Positions 1 to 10,751 of a stretch of 64,000 nt of DNA are shown here, one piece after another. Under the pieces are notes generated by a model. It was given only the letters and a program-made list of their open reading frames with translations, was not told the DNA's origin and searched no databases. The DNA is from Granulicella sp. GTDB taxonomy: Bacteria; Acidobacteriota; Terriglobia; Terriglobales; Acidobacteriaceae. Within the stretch, counting starts at the first letter, position 1, and each line of letters opens with the position of its first letter. The stretch lies in assembly GCA_027335345.1 (NCBI GenBank), contig DAHWOF010000204.1, positions 17,245 through 81,244 of the forward strand, in the 5' to 3' direction. The position numbers were made by a program, and so were the translations under genes.

Positions 1-273
1 TCGGCGAGCGGGGAGCCAAGGGAACAAGAGTTTCTGCTTCCGGCTTGCTCCCGCAGGATGTTTGTTGCGTGCAGGGTATTGTCCCGCCGAGCCGATTGCG
101 GTTAGGCTTGTTGGAGCGCGGGAGAGGTCCCTCCGAGCGCTGCCAAAGCAGAGCAGGCCGAGACGTCGGTTTCTCCGCTGTTCCGGAAAAGAAAGCCGCA
201 CGGCTTCCATCTCAATGACACCGCGATGCGTGTCATCTCGATGAGGTGGCCGCGCCTCGGAGCCGTAATTTTC

Positions 274-1350
274 ATGTCGGAAGAGCACAAGATCAGCGCT
301 GTCAAGCAGATGACCCCCGGGCACAACTTGAAGGAGTTGGCCAAGCATCTCGGGGTGTCGCCGACCACAATCTCACGCGTCATCAACAACGCCGGAAACA
401 AGTATCGGATCTCGGAGGAGACGCAGAAGCGCGTGCTGGCTGCGGCGGCCGAGATGAACTACAAGGCCAGTCCCCTGGCGCGTGGTTTGCGCAGTCGGCG
501 CTCGCAGACGATTGGAGTGATGGTGCCGGAGATCAGCGCCGGCTACTCCGCAGCCGTGCTGAGCGGAATTGAAGATGTGCTGCTGCTGAGCGGATTCTTC
601 TACTTCGTCGTCAGCCACCATCATCGCGAGGAACTGCTGCGCGAGTATCCGGCTTTGTTGCTGTCGCGCGCGGTGGAGGGGATCATCGCCGTGGACTCGG
701 CTCTGGAGGCGGAGCTGCCGGTTCCGACCATCGTCGTCTCCGGTCACCGGCGTTCTGCGTCGGTGGTGAGTATCGAACTGGACCACGATCTTGCGGCGCA
801 CTTTGCGCTGGAGCATCTGCAGCGGCTGGGACATCGGCGGATCGCCTTCATCAAGGGGCAGAGCTTCAGCTCCGATACCGAGATACGCTGGCAGGCGATC
901 GTGCGGGCTGCCGCCCAGTTGCAGATTCCCATCGATCCTCATCTGGTGGTCGCCCTGGAGGGGGACGATCCCACGTCGACGCCCGGACGGGTGGCGACGC
1001 ACAAGTTGCTGGCGGCGCAGGCGCCCTTCAGCGCCATCTTTGCCTTCAACGATCTCTCCGCCATGGGAGCCATCGTGGCGTTGCGCGAGGCTGGGGTGGA
1101 GGTGCCCAAGAGGGTCTCCGTGGTGGGCTTCGACGACGTGCTCGGCGCGGCCACCAATTACCCTCCGCTGACCACCGTGCGGCAACCCTTGCAAGAGATG
1201 GGACGCGCCGCGGCGACCGCGCTGCTAGAGCGCATCCGTGATCCCAAGGCCGGCGAGGCGCAGGCGCACTCGGGGTCGATCCTGGTGTTGCCTACGTTTG
1301 TCGAGCGCAAGTCTACGGGGCCTGCGCCCAAGGACGTGGCTACCCGCTAA
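274..1350 (+). CDS. LacI-family transcriptional regulator
   Basis: N-terminal HTH (LKELAKHLGVSPTTISRVIN), hinge ARGLRS, sugar-binding domain with AFNDLSAMG, VSVVGFDD and PPLTTVRQP; start uncertain (274 or 310). Confidence 0.93.
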   Translation: MSEEHKISAVKQMTPGHNLKELAKHLGVSPTTISRVINNAGNKYRISEETQKRVLAAAAEMNYKASPLARGLRSRRSQTIGVMVPEISAGYSAAVLSGIEDVLLLSGFFYFVVSHHHREELLREYPALLLSRAVEGIIAVDSALEAELPVPTIVVSGHRRSASVVSIELDHDLAAHFALEHLQRLGHRRIAFIKGQSFSSDTEIRWQAIVRAAAQLQIPIDPHLVVALEGDDPTSTPGRVATHKLLAAQAPFSAIFAFNDLSAMGAIVALREAGVEVPKRVSVVGFDDVLGAATNYPPLTTVRQPLQEMGRAAATALLERIRDPKAGEAQAHSGSILVLPTFVERKSTGPAPKDVATR

Positions 1351-1375
1351 GGAGCTGGAACCGGATCCTGCCACG

Positions 1376-1699
1376 ATGCCCATCGCTACCCTGACGATCG
1401 AGCTCTCCATGGAGCACGCTCAGTCCCTCAAGGACCGCCGACAGGCGGTGCGATCGCTCAAGGACAAGCTGCGCCACGGATTCAATATCTCCATCGCGGA
1501 GCTCGATGATGCCTCCCTTTGGAACCGCGCAACCCTGGGAGTGGTGGCCATCTCCAGCTCCAGTGCGTATCTGGGTGGCCAGTTGCGCGAGGTGGAAGCC
1601 GCCGCCCGGCGTCTGTGCGTGGGGTTGGGATGCGAGATTCTGGACAGCTATATCGAGAACGATGTTTCGTGTGACGATACGAATCAGAAGCTTGATTGA
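1376..1699 (+). CDS. DUF503 (YlxP-like) protein
   Basis: SLKDRRQAVRSLKDKLRHGFNISIAE motif; usual position upstream of rbfA. Confidence 0.88.
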   Translation: MPIATLTIELSMEHAQSLKDRRQAVRSLKDKLRHGFNISIAELDDASLWNRATLGVVAISSSSAYLGGQLREVEAAARRLCVGLGCEILDSYIENDVSCDDTNQKLD

Positions 1700-1801
1700 G
1701 AGGCGCGCTGAAGCAAAGCGCGGGGGCGGCTCTTTTTGCCGTGCTTTGCCTGTAGGGAGCCCCAAGAGATGCCTAAGGAGTGCTAAGCTGTAGAGTCGAC
1801 T

Positions 1802-2242
1802 ATGCCCGAGCAACGCGCCAGAACGTATCATCGAGGTCGTCTGGTCAACGCCTTTTCCGAAGAGATCACGGCCATGCTGGAGGGGGAGCTCTCTGACCCG
1901 CGCATCTCTCCCTGCCACGTGACGGAAGTGGTGTTGGCGCCGGGCGGGAAGAGTTGCAGGGTCTTTGTTGCTGTGATGGGCGGGGAGCAGGAGGAGCGCG
2001 AAACCCTGACGGGATTGATGGCGGCCCGGGGCTACGTGCGTAGCGAGATACGGCAGCGGATGAATGTTCGCCAGGTTCCCGAGATTACCTTTGCGATCGA
2101 CCGGTCGGAGAAGATCAACTCACGGATCGAGGAACTGTTGAGCCGGGTGGACAAGCGGCGCAGAGTTGCCGAACAGCGACCGAAGAAGTTGGCTGGGGAT
2201 GCACAGAAGGAGGTTTCGGAACGCACCGAGACAGCCCTTTGA
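1802..2242 (+). CDS. rbfA: Ribosome-binding factor A
   Basis: LSDPRI..VTEV....K..RVFV, ARGYVRSEI, RQVPEITFAIDRS. Confidence 0.92.
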   Translation: MPEQRARTYHRGRLVNAFSEEITAMLEGELSDPRISPCHVTEVVLAPGGKSCRVFVAVMGGEQEERETLTGLMAARGYVRSEIRQRMNVRQVPEITFAIDRSEKINSRIEELLSRVDKRRRVAEQRPKKLAGDAQKEVSERTETAL

Positions 2243-2270
2243 GGTTGGAACGGCTGTTTCCATTCCGATT

Positions 2271-3296
2271 ATGAAACGTCAAGTTTCGATTGCGGCGCTC
2301 CTCGCTCTTCTTCGGGAGCAAAATTCTTTTGTTCTCAGCTCGCACCTTCGTCCCGATGGCGATGCGATCGGGTCCGCTTTAGGACTGATGCATCTGCTGG
2401 AAGCGATGGGGAAGCGGGTGTCGGTGGTCTTTGTGGACCCGATTCCCGCGAACTTCGATTTTCTTGCCGGCCGGGAGAGGATCTCGCGCACCTTTCTCCC
2501 GGCGGATGCCGCCATCTTCCTGGAGTGCGACTCGATTGAGCGGAGTTGCATCGATCGCGAAGAGTTCGAGGCTTCGCCTCCCCGGATGACGATCAATATC
2601 GATCATCATCGCAGTGGCCGGGAGTTTGCGGACTTCAACTGGATCGATCCGGAGGCGGCGGCGGTGGGCTGCATGATCTATGATCTGGCGGTCGCGGCCG
2701 GGATCGCGATTTCTCCGGCGATGGCTGATTGTCTGTACGCCGCGGTGCTGACCGACACCGGCTCCTTCAACTATCCGAGCACCACGGCGGCGACCTTTGC
2801 CATGGCGGAGCATCTGGTGCGGTGCGGAACGGACCCGCATCGAATTGCGGCGGAGGTTTATTTCTCCAACTCCGCCAGCAAGGTGCGCCTGCTGGGCGTG
2901 GCGCTGAGCAACATCCAGATTGCGGGCCCGGTCTCCTGGAGCCACATTACTCTGGAAGAGATGGAACGAGTCGGCGCCAGCATCGAGGATTGCGAGGGGG
3001 TGGCGAATCATCTGATTGGCATCGAAGGGGTAGAGGCGGCGGTCTTTCTCCGCGAGACGCCGGAGCAGGATCAGTTTCGTCTGAGCCTGCGCAGCCGCCG
3101 CACTTTGGATGTGTCAGTGATCGCAGAGCGGTTTGGCGGGGGTGGGCATCGAACCGCCAGCGGATGCAGCATGGCAGGGACGCTTGCCGAGGTTACCAGC
3201 CGGATTGTGGAGGATCTTCGCCAAGCCTGTATCCCGGTGGCCGACACGGGCGAGTCCGTGGAGGCTCCAACACTGCCGTCAATTCTGTTAGCCTAG
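2271..3296 (+). CDS. nrnA: DHH-family bifunctional oligoribonuclease/PAP phosphatase
   Basis: HLRPDGDAIGS, NIDHH, TDTGSF, SLRS, GGGGH motifs; follows rbfA. Confidence 0.9.
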   Translation: MKRQVSIAALLALLREQNSFVLSSHLRPDGDAIGSALGLMHLLEAMGKRVSVVFVDPIPANFDFLAGRERISRTFLPADAAIFLECDSIERSCIDREEFEASPPRMTINIDHHRSGREFADFNWIDPEAAAVGCMIYDLAVAAGIAISPAMADCLYAAVLTDTGSFNYPSTTAATFAMAEHLVRCGTDPHRIAAEVYFSNSASKVRLLGVALSNIQIAGPVSWSHITLEEMERVGASIEDCEGVANHLIGIEGVEAAVFLRETPEQDQFRLSLRSRRTLDVSVIAERFGGGGHRTASGCSMAGTLAEVTSRIVEDLRQACIPVADTGESVEAPTLPSILLA

Positions 3297-3408
3297 GTTT
3301 CGCTTCGAGAATCTGGAGTGACCGTTGAAGGGCGCTCTTTGTTGACGGGCTTTGGCCTGTGAAGATTCGCGTGAGCGCAAAGCATTGCAGAACATTGGAC
3401 CTCACGGA

Positions 3409-5313
3409 TTGATCGAATCTTCCCAACCCGCGCCTGGGAACGGACCCGCATCGGGCCCCGCGCCAGGCCCCACATCTGGGTTCACGGAGACGCCCTCTGG
3501 AGGGTCTTCGCCCGCGCACGCCCGGCCGCCCGTCGCCTCCCGCGGCAGATTGAGGCTCCTGTTCTTCTGGCTGCGCGACAATCATCTAGGTTGCACGGCC
3601 ACGGAGTTTGCGATTCTCCTGCTATTTGTGGGTTTTTTCCTGTTTTATGGACTGATTCCCATCTTTGGCGGCGATCAACTGGGGCTGGTCGGCGCCGATG
3701 AGCCGCGCTATGCGCAGATTGCCAGGGAGATGCTGGCTGCCCACATAGCTGCATGCCAGGCGGTGCATGCCACGATTCTGCCCCGCGACCTGCGGCTGTC
3801 GAGTCTGCGCGCCTCTTATGACTGCCTGATGGGGGGGACGGTGACTCCCATCCTGTATGGCAAGCCCTGGCTGGAGAAGCCGGCGCTCTACTACTGGCGC
3901 GCCATGGGGTACTACCGGGAGCTGGGGGTCTACGACTGGACGGCGCGGCTGGCTTCGGCTACCGGTGCGCTGGCGCTGATGATTCTGGCCTTTCTGCACT
4001 TGAAGCGATTCCGTCCCGGCGGCCATCTGGACGCTGCGCTGATCATGGTCTCCTCGGTGGCGATGTTCGCCTTTTCCCGCGGAGCTTCCACGGACATGCA
4101 ACTGGCGGCGCCGTTCTGCATCGGCATGCTGGGTTGGTATGCATGGTATGAAACGGGCAAGAAGTTCTGGCTGTTTGACCTCTACTTCTTCAACGCCGCA
4201 GCCACGCTGGCCAAGGGGCCGATTGCCCCCTTTCTCGCCTTGGGCATTCTGTGCCTGTTTGTGGGGTTGAGGCGAGAGTGGTCGGCGCTGCGGCGCACGA
4301 TCTGGGTTCCAGGGATTGTGCTCTATCTGGTGATGGTGCTGCCCTGGTACATCGCCGTGCAGAGGCGCAATCCCACCTTCTTCGATGAGTTCTTCTGGCA
4401 GCACAATCTGGAGCGGTACTCCACCAATCTTTACCATCATCGCCAACCCATCTTCTATTACCTGATCGTTCTGATTGTGGGTCTGCTGCCGTGGACGGCG
4501 CTCTCCATGCGGGCGCTGGTGGATGGCGTGGCTGAGTCGATTGCGGAGTGGAAGGTGCGCTTCAAGCCGCAGCGCTATGTTGGCCACGTCCGCGCCGGAG
4601 ACGCCTTTCCGGAGTTTCTGGTCTTGTGGGTGTTGTTTCCGATCGTCTTTTTCTCCTTCTCCGACTCCAAGCTGCCCGGGTATATCCTTCCCTCCATTCC
4701 TCCGCTGGCGATTCTGACAGGTGACTATCTGTATCGCATCCGGCGGCCAGGGATTTCCAACTGGTTGCTGTATGCTCACGCGGCAATGACGGGAGTGGTG
4801 ACGTTTGTCCTGATTCTCTGCCCGCAGTACATGATTTACCAGCGGATGGTTCCAGCTCCTGGCATTCTGATTCTGGCCGCCGTGCTGGGGGCGGCGGCGG
4901 GCTATTGGGTGGTTTGGGTGACCCGCCGTTATGGCGTGCGTCATCTTCGTCTGGCGACGATGATCCCTCTGGTAGGCCTGCTTTACTTCCTGCTGGGAAG
5001 AAACGGCCGGCTGCTAGACCTGAATTACTCGGCTCGCCCTCTGGCCAGCGAGATTCAGCAGGCTGACCCGGGAGCCAAGGTGGTTGCGGAGTTTCAGGTG
5101 CGGCGCGATCTGGTCTATGGACTTGCGTTCTATGAAGACCGTAAGATTCTCAGTTACGTCACCGATGGCGTTCCGGCCGGGGAGCATCTGGTTGTCTTCC
5201 CCGACCGCGATGAGCCGCTGATGGAGCGGTATTGGAGGGGGCGGCAGGTTCGACCGGTTCTGCACTATGCCGTGCAGGGCCTTTCGGTCTATGAGGTATA
5301 TCCGCAGCGTTGA
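3409..5313 (+). CDS. ArnT-like membrane glycosyltransferase (GT83/PMT family)
   Basis: DEPRYAQIAREM, EKPALYYW, LAKGP, SKLPGYILP motifs; many TM segments; start uncertain (ORF opens at 3352). Confidence 0.88.
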   Translation: MIESSQPAPGNGPASGPAPGPTSGFTETPSGGSSPAHARPPVASRGRLRLLFFWLRDNHLGCTATEFAILLLFVGFFLFYGLIPIFGGDQLGLVGADEPRYAQIAREMLAAHIAACQAVHATILPRDLRLSSLRASYDCLMGGTVTPILYGKPWLEKPALYYWRAMGYYRELGVYDWTARLASATGALALMILAFLHLKRFRPGGHLDAALIMVSSVAMFAFSRGASTDMQLAAPFCIGMLGWYAWYETGKKFWLFDLYFFNAAATLAKGPIAPFLALGILCLFVGLRREWSALRRTIWVPGIVLYLVMVLPWYIAVQRRNPTFFDEFFWQHNLERYSTNLYHHRQPIFYYLIVLIVGLLPWTALSMRALVDGVAESIAEWKVRFKPQRYVGHVRAGDAFPEFLVLWVLFPIVFFSFSDSKLPGYILPSIPPLAILTGDYLYRIRRPGISNWLLYAHAAMTGVVTFVLILCPQYMIYQRMVPAPGILILAAVLGAAAGYWVVWVTRRYGVRHLRLATMIPLVGLLYFLLGRNGRLLDLNYSARPLASEIQQADPGAKVVAEFQVRRDLVYGLAFYEDRKILSYVTDGVPAGEHLVVFPDRDEPLMERYWRGRQVRPVLHYAVQGLSVYEVYPQR

Positions 5314-5344
5314 GGGCGAAAGAGAGTCAGAGGCCGGGAATTCG

Positions 5345-6382
5345 TTGAGTTCAGCACAGAGCCGCTTATCGCAACTCGAGGTCCTCGATCTGCGCCACTT
5401 CTCCGGAGCGCAGTTGCGGCCCTTGCTGCGGGATGAGGCCGAGCGCTGGCGGCGCCGCCTGCATTGGGATTACACGCAAGCCTCGGGCATGCTGCTGGAT
5501 TATCTGGACAGCCGCATTCTGCTCGGCTATGTGGCCCTGCAGGCAGGGCAGGTGGCCGGGTACGCCTTCTGCGTCTGCGAGGGAGCCAAGGCGGTGATTG
5601 GGGATGTCTACGCCTTTGGAGAAACCGAAACCACGGTGAATCCCATCTGCGAGACCCTGATGGACCATCTGCTGGAGATGGTGGGGGCCATGCCGGGGGT
5701 GGAGCGGGTAGAGTCCCAGTTGCTGATGTTTCCGGATGGGGCGCTGGGGGAGGCGTTCCAACGCCATGGGTTCAAAGCTTACCCGCGTTGCTTCATGCTG
5801 CGGGATCTGCACGCTCATCCGCCGAGGATGGAGAGAGATCCGGTCGAGTCGCGTCCCGGCAGGAGCCTGGTGCTGGAGGCCTGGCGGCCGGAATTTTACG
5901 ATGGAGCGGCGCAGTTGATCCATCGCTGCTACTCCGATCATATGGATGCTGGCATCAACGACCAGTACCGCACGCTGCAGGGGGCGCAGCGGTTCCTGCA
6001 CAACATTATTCGCTTCCCGGGCTGCGGCGTCTTTGACCCGGAGAACTCCTGGGTGGTGCGCGAGACCCAGGAGCGGAGCGGGGCTAGCCCCCTGGCTGCG
6101 GTGCGTGGGGGTTCCGTTGAGGCGGTGCTGCTCAGCTCCAGGGTCTGTGTGGGGGTAAACCACATCACCCAGATCTGCGTGGCTCCGTCGCTGCGGGGCC
6201 AGGGGCTGGGGCGCATGCTGCTGGAACACAGCGCGCGGGAGGGAGCCAGGCGAGGCGTGCGGGAGCTATCCCTGACCGTGACCGAGGCCAATGCCAACGC
6301 CCGCGAGCTTTATGAGCGCCACGGTTTTCAGACCTTGCACCGCTTTGAAGCCATGGTGTTTGATAGCAGCGAGCGCCAGTGA
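5345..6382 (+). CDS. GNAT-family acetyltransferase (probably tandem GNAT)
   Basis: Acetyl-CoA motif VAPSLRGQGLGR and LTVTEAN..A..LYERHGF; start approximate. Confidence 0.85.
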   Translation: MSSAQSRLSQLEVLDLRHFSGAQLRPLLRDEAERWRRRLHWDYTQASGMLLDYLDSRILLGYVALQAGQVAGYAFCVCEGAKAVIGDVYAFGETETTVNPICETLMDHLLEMVGAMPGVERVESQLLMFPDGALGEAFQRHGFKAYPRCFMLRDLHAHPPRMERDPVESRPGRSLVLEAWRPEFYDGAAQLIHRCYSDHMDAGINDQYRTLQGAQRFLHNIIRFPGCGVFDPENSWVVRETQERSGASPLAAVRGGSVEAVLLSSRVCVGVNHITQICVAPSLRGQGLGRMLLEHSAREGARRGVRELSLTVTEANANARELYERHGFQTLHRFEAMVFDSSERQ

Positions 6383-6408
6383 GCGCCCATGCATCTTGAG
6401 CCGCGTTG

Positions 6409-8034
6409 TTACTTCTTCCAATTGACTCCTGGACGCGCCACAGCGTACATCTCCGCCCCGATCTGGTCGAACAGGCCATATCGATCCTCTCCCACTTTGT
6501 ACAGGTTGAAGTGAGAGCGTCCGGGGATGAAGTGGAAGTGGGGATCAGCTCCCAGCTTGTTCAGGCGGGCTTCAAAGAGACGTGCGGAGCCGTCCAGGTA
6601 GAACGTATCGGCCGTTCCTACAAACAGGTGAATGCGGCCTTTGAGCAGAGAGCCGTCTTCCGGCCACTCTTTTTCCACCAGATGCGCTAGATCGTAGTGA
6701 TCATGCCAGTAAGCCACTACCGCCGGGTTCACGTCTCCGGTGACCCGGTCGAACATCTGCATGGGAGCGCCGCTGGGAGAGCGAGGCGAGAAGACCCAGT
6801 CAAACGAACTCATCTGGCCGCCGTAGGGGCCCAGAACCGCCTCCGTTTTGGCGAACTGTTCGAGGGTCGCCACCACCTTCCCGTCGATGCGCATGATCGG
6901 ATAGGCTGTTCCGTCGGGCCGGTGGTACACGTTGGCATGCGGAGCGTAAAGATCGGGGCCGGTGAAGTTATGAAAGTCACTGGGGTCCGGTGAGGTGGAC
7001 CAGGTTCCTCCAAAGATCCGCGGATAGTTGACCTGCAGTTGCAGGGTGGCCCAGCCGCCGCTGGAGTGGCCGTTGAGGAAGCGTCCTTTGCGCTTGGCAT
7101 CCATGCGGTAGGTGCGCTCCAGCATGGGGATGAATTCGGTGGTCAGGGCTGTGCCCCAGGGTCCGTCGTTCACCGAGTTGGCGAACTCATGGGTGCCCTC
7201 GGGGCAGGATTCATCCAGCATCACCCAGATCATGGGAGGCATCTTGTCCTGGACCATGCGGTCGCGGATCATCTCTCCCATGATCAGGTTGTAGTCCATA
7301 TTGCCGCCGAAGCCATGGGTGAAGTAGGCCGTTGGATAACGCTGGTGGGTATTCCTGGCGTAGCCCGGCGGCAGGATCACCCAGGCGCGGATGGAGGTGG
7401 AGTTGCCGGAGAAGCGGGTGAGCAGCGGGCTAACCATCTCCCGCCTTTCGATCTCCTCGGGATGGACCTGCTGCATGGCGCGGGCGAGTGCAGCCTGGCG
7501 CTGCGGATTTGGCGCCGGATGTCCGTTCAGGGTAAGAGCCGTCTCCGGGCTCTGCGGGCTCCAGCCGGCCAGGGTCGCCACCGGGCTGATCCAGTCCTGC
7601 GGGGTGCGGCCGGAGTAGTTGTAGGTGTGCCCGGTATCGAGCACCGCCTGCACCTCGTAGTCACCCGGAGGCAGCGCGGAGAAGGGCTTGGGATAGGCGA
7701 TCAGGTCGGCATCGAACTGCACCGAGGCGCCGGGCGCCAGATCATGCACCTCCTGCGCGGCCACCCAGGTCTGCCGGCTCGGCTCGCCGGGCTGGAACTC
7801 CTGGAGGTTCACCTCCGCGTCTCCTTTGCCCTGCTTGATGAACACCAGCAGGCGTCCACTGAGGGGCGCGGTTGCGACGGATCCCAGGCGGATCTGGAAG
7901 AAGACGTGTAGAGGCGTCTGCTGGGCGCTGGAAGGGCTGGGGGCGAGGCCGAGGCCGGTTGTGATGGCCGCGCAGGCAAGCAGTTGGGCAGTTGGATGAA
8001 GCCGCATGGACCGAAATCTCTCAAAGGAAAGCAT
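6409..8034 (-). CDS. Secreted alpha/beta-hydrolase (enterochelin esterase-like)
   Basis: Signal peptide; VILPPGY, HGFGG, nucleophile elbow GHSSGG, C-terminal His (GRSH). Confidence 0.82.
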   Translation of the reverse strand: MLSFERFRSMRLHPTAQLLACAAITTGLGLAPSPSSAQQTPLHVFFQIRLGSVATAPLSGRLLVFIKQGKGDAEVNLQEFQPGEPSRQTWVAAQEVHDLAPGASVQFDADLIAYPKPFSALPPGDYEVQAVLDTGHTYNYSGRTPQDWISPVATLAGWSPQSPETALTLNGHPAPNPQRQAALARAMQQVHPEEIERREMVSPLLTRFSGNSTSIRAWVILPPGYARNTHQRYPTAYFTHGFGGNMDYNLIMGEMIRDRMVQDKMPPMIWVMLDESCPEGTHEFANSVNDGPWGTALTTEFIPMLERTYRMDAKRKGRFLNGHSSGGWATLQLQVNYPRIFGGTWSTSPDPSDFHNFTGPDLYAPHANVYHRPDGTAYPIMRIDGKVVATLEQFAKTEAVLGPYGGQMSSFDWVFSPRSPSGAPMQMFDRVTGDVNPAVVAYWHDHYDLAHLVEKEWPEDGSLLKGRIHLFVGTADTFYLDGSARLFEARLNKLGADPHFHFIPGRSHFNLYKVGEDRYGLFDQIGAEMYAVARPGVNWKK

Positions 8035-8167
8035 TGAGGGATGATAGCAGCCCTGCGGCAAGCCGCTGATGGTCAGGGTGGCGCGCAGCCGAGACTGCCG
8101 GCGAGCGATGAAGGGCCGGCCGGTGCGCTGCTCGACGTGTTGTAACCTCTCCCAGTGTCCCGCAGCG

Positions 8168-9685
8168 TTACTCGACGTGATAGTTGGGGGCTTCGCGGGT
8201 GATCACGACGTCATGGACGTGGCTCTCGCGCAGGCCGGCGCCGGAGATGCGGACAAAGCGCGCCTTCTCCTGAAGCTCCGGGATGGTTCCGCAGCCCACG
8301 TAGCCCATGCCGGAGCGCAGGCCGCCGACCAGTTGGTAGATGGTATCCTCCAGCGGGCCACGATAGGGGACGCGGCCTTCGATGCCCTCGGGGACGAACT
8401 TGGCCAGGCGGTTGCCGTTTTCTCGGGAGGTGATGGAGGTTCGCGCCTCCTCTTCCACGTCCATGTCATCCTTGCTTTGGAAGTAGCGTTCACCAGAGCC
8501 CTGGGACATGGCGCTGAGGCTGCCCATGCCACGATACGTCTTGAAGCTTCGGCCCTGGTAGAGGATGGTCTCTCCGGGGCTCTCGTCGACGCCGGCGAAG
8601 AGCGAGCCCAGCATGCAGACGCTGGCTCCGGCGGCGATGGCCTTGGTGAGGTCGCCGGAGTACTTGACGCCGCCGTCGGCGATCAGGGAGACGCCGCGCT
8701 CCCGAGCGGCGCGGTAGGACTCCGCGATGGCGGTAATCTGGGGCATGCCCGCGCCGGTGACCATGCGGGTGGTGCAGATGGAGCCAGGGCCGATGCCTAC
8801 CTTGACGGCATCCGCGCCGGCGTCGATCAGCGCCAGGGTGCCCGCGTAGGTAGCCACGTTGCCGGCGAAGAGATCCACGTCCGGAAAGGCCTTCTTCACC
8901 TGAGAGATGGCCTCCAGGACGCGCGAGGAGAGGCCGTGGGCGGAGACGATGGCCAGCGCGTCCACGCGGTACCGCACCAGCTCGGCGGCGCGCTCCAGAA
9001 AGTCGCCGGTGGCTCCGATGGCTCCGGCGACGCGCAGGCGGCCCTGTTCATCCTTGCTGGCGTTGGGATACTTCAGCTTCTTTTGAATATCCTTGACGGT
9101 GATCAGGCCTTTGAGTTCGTAGGCGTCATTGACCACCAGCAGCTTCTCCACCCGATGCTGGTGCAGGATATGCTCGGCCTGCTCGAGCGTGGTCCCGACG
9201 GGAACGGTGATCAGGTTGGACTTGGTCATCACGTCTCCGATGGGGATATCGGTGCGGGAGACGAAGCGCAGGTCGCGATTGGTGAGAATGCCCACCAGCT
9301 TGTTGTTTCGGGTGACGGGCACGCCGGAGATCTTGAAGCGGCGCATCACCTCCAGGGCGTCGGCGATGGGCCGCTCCGGCTCGATGGTGACCGGATCCAC
9401 GATCATGCCGCTCTCCGAGCGCTTGACCTTGTCGATCTCGCCGGCCTGCTGCTCGATGCTGAGATTGCGATGGACGACGCCCAAGCCTCCCAATTGGGCG
9501 ATGGCGATGGCCAGACGGGACTCGGTCACCGTGTCCATGGCAGCCGACATCAGGGGCATGGCGAGCGTAATCCTGGGGGTCAGTTGCACCTGGGTGCTGA
9601 CCTGGGAGGGAATCACGTCGGAGTAGGCAGGGACCAGCAGGACGTCGTCAAATGTGAGCGCTTCGGGGATCTCGTTGGGGATCAT
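8168..9685 (-). CDS. guaB: IMP dehydrogenase
   Basis: [19 protein letters not shown], two CBS domains, catalytic loop [24 protein letters not shown]. Confidence 0.98.
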   Translation of the reverse strand: MIPNEIPEALTFDDVLLVPAYSDVIPSQVSTQVQLTPRITLAMPLMSAAMDTVTESRLAIAIAQLGGLGVVHRNLSIEQQAGEIDKVKRSESGMIVDPVTIEPERPIADALEVMRRFKISGVPVTRNNKLVGILTNRDLRFVSRTDIPIGDVMTKSNLITVPVGTTLEQAEHILHQHRVEKLLVVNDAYELKGLITVKDIQKKLKYPNASKDEQGRLRVAGAIGATGDFLERAAELVRYRVDALAIVSAHGLSSRVLEAISQVKKAFPDVDLFAGNVATYAGTLALIDAGADAVKVGIGPGSICTTRMVTGAGMPQITAIAESYRAARERGVSLIADGGVKYSGDLTKAIAAGASVCMLGSLFAGVDESPGETILYQGRSFKTYRGMGSLSAMSQGSGERYFQSKDDMDVEEEARTSITSRENGNRLAKFVPEGIEGRVPYRGPLEDTIYQLVGGLRSGMGYVGCGTIPELQEKARFVRISGAGLRESHVHDVVITREAPNYHVE

Positions 9686-9947
9686 ACCTTTCTATTGTTG
9701 CATCTGCAGACCCGTGTTGCATCAGGAGAGTGGAGCCGGAAGGGTTGACGGGTGGAGCGGGATGGGGTGAGATGATGATGGACAATAGGCGCGGTTTCTC
9801 CGCAGAAAAGGCAGAGATGGGCGCCAGGATCAAGGTGAGCCCACGGTGGGAGTCGCTCTTGATGCGCTGGGATGGAGTCCGGCAACGCAGGGCATTGGAC
9901 CCATGGGACGGGTGGGACGGTTGGATGGCAGGGATGAGAGGGCTTGC

Positions 9948-10751
9948 ATGAGCGACATGATCGTGGTGAAGGATCTGGTGAAGAACTACGGAGACTTCTG
10001 TGCCGTGAACCGGATCTCCTTTACCGTTCCCGAGGGGCAGATCTTTGCCTTTCTGGGTCCTAACGGCGCCGGCAAGACCACCACGATCAAGATGCTGACC
10101 ACCATTCTGGAGCCCAGCGCGGGCGCCTTGCGGGTGAATGGCTTTGACCCGGTCTCGCAGCGGAAACAGGCGCGCCGCTCCTTCGGCATCGTCTTTCAGG
10201 ATCCGAGTCTGGATGAAGAGCTGACCGCGCAGGAGAACCTGGACCTGCATGGAGCGCTCTACGGCGTCTCGCGGGGGGAGCGAATGCAGCGCATGCAGGC
10301 GCTGCTGGAGTTGGTGGGGCTTTGGGAGCGCCGGAACGAGTTTGTCAAGCAGTACTCCGGGGGGATGAAGCGCCGGCTGGAGGTGGCCCGGGCGCTGCTG
10401 CACCGGCCACGCATCCTGTTTCTGGATGAGCCGACGATCGGGTTAGACCCGCAGACCCGCAATCACATCTGGGGCTATATTGCCACGCTGAGCAAGCAGC
10501 AGAACGTCACCGTCTTCTTCACCACCCACTACATGGAGGAGGCCGATCGCGTGGCCGGCGAGGTAGCGGTGATCGACCACGGAAGGATCATCGCTCAGGG
10601 AACGCCCGCCGCGCTCAAGCAGCAGAACGGAGCGGCTACGCTGGAGGATGCCTTCATCGCCCTCACCGGCCACGATATTCGCGACGAGGAGGCCGGCGCA
10701 GCCGATCATTTGCGCGCGATGCGCAATGTGTGGAGAGGAGGCCGGCGATGA
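9948..10751 (+). CDS. ABC-2 (DrrA-like) efflux transporter ATP-binding protein
   Basis: Walker A GPNGAGKT, signature YSGGM, Walker B ILFLDEPT, TTHYMEEA. Confidence 0.93.
   Translation: MSDMIVVKDLVKNYGDFCAVNRISFTVPEGQIFAFLGPNGAGKTTTIKMLTTILEPSAGALRVNGFDPVSQRKQARRSFGIVFQDPSLDEELTAQENLDLHGALYGVSRGERMQRMQALLELVGLWERRNEFVKQYSGGMKRRLEVARALLHRPRILFLDEPTIGLDPQTRNHIWGYIATLSKQQNVTVFFTTHYMEEADRVAGEVAVIDHGRIIAQGTPAALKQQNGAATLEDAFIALTGHDIRDEEAGAADHLRAMRNVWRGGRR

Noticed and set aside
8069-9748. 559-aa plus-strand ORF
   Set aside because: Antisense shadow of guaB, expected with high-GC codon bias
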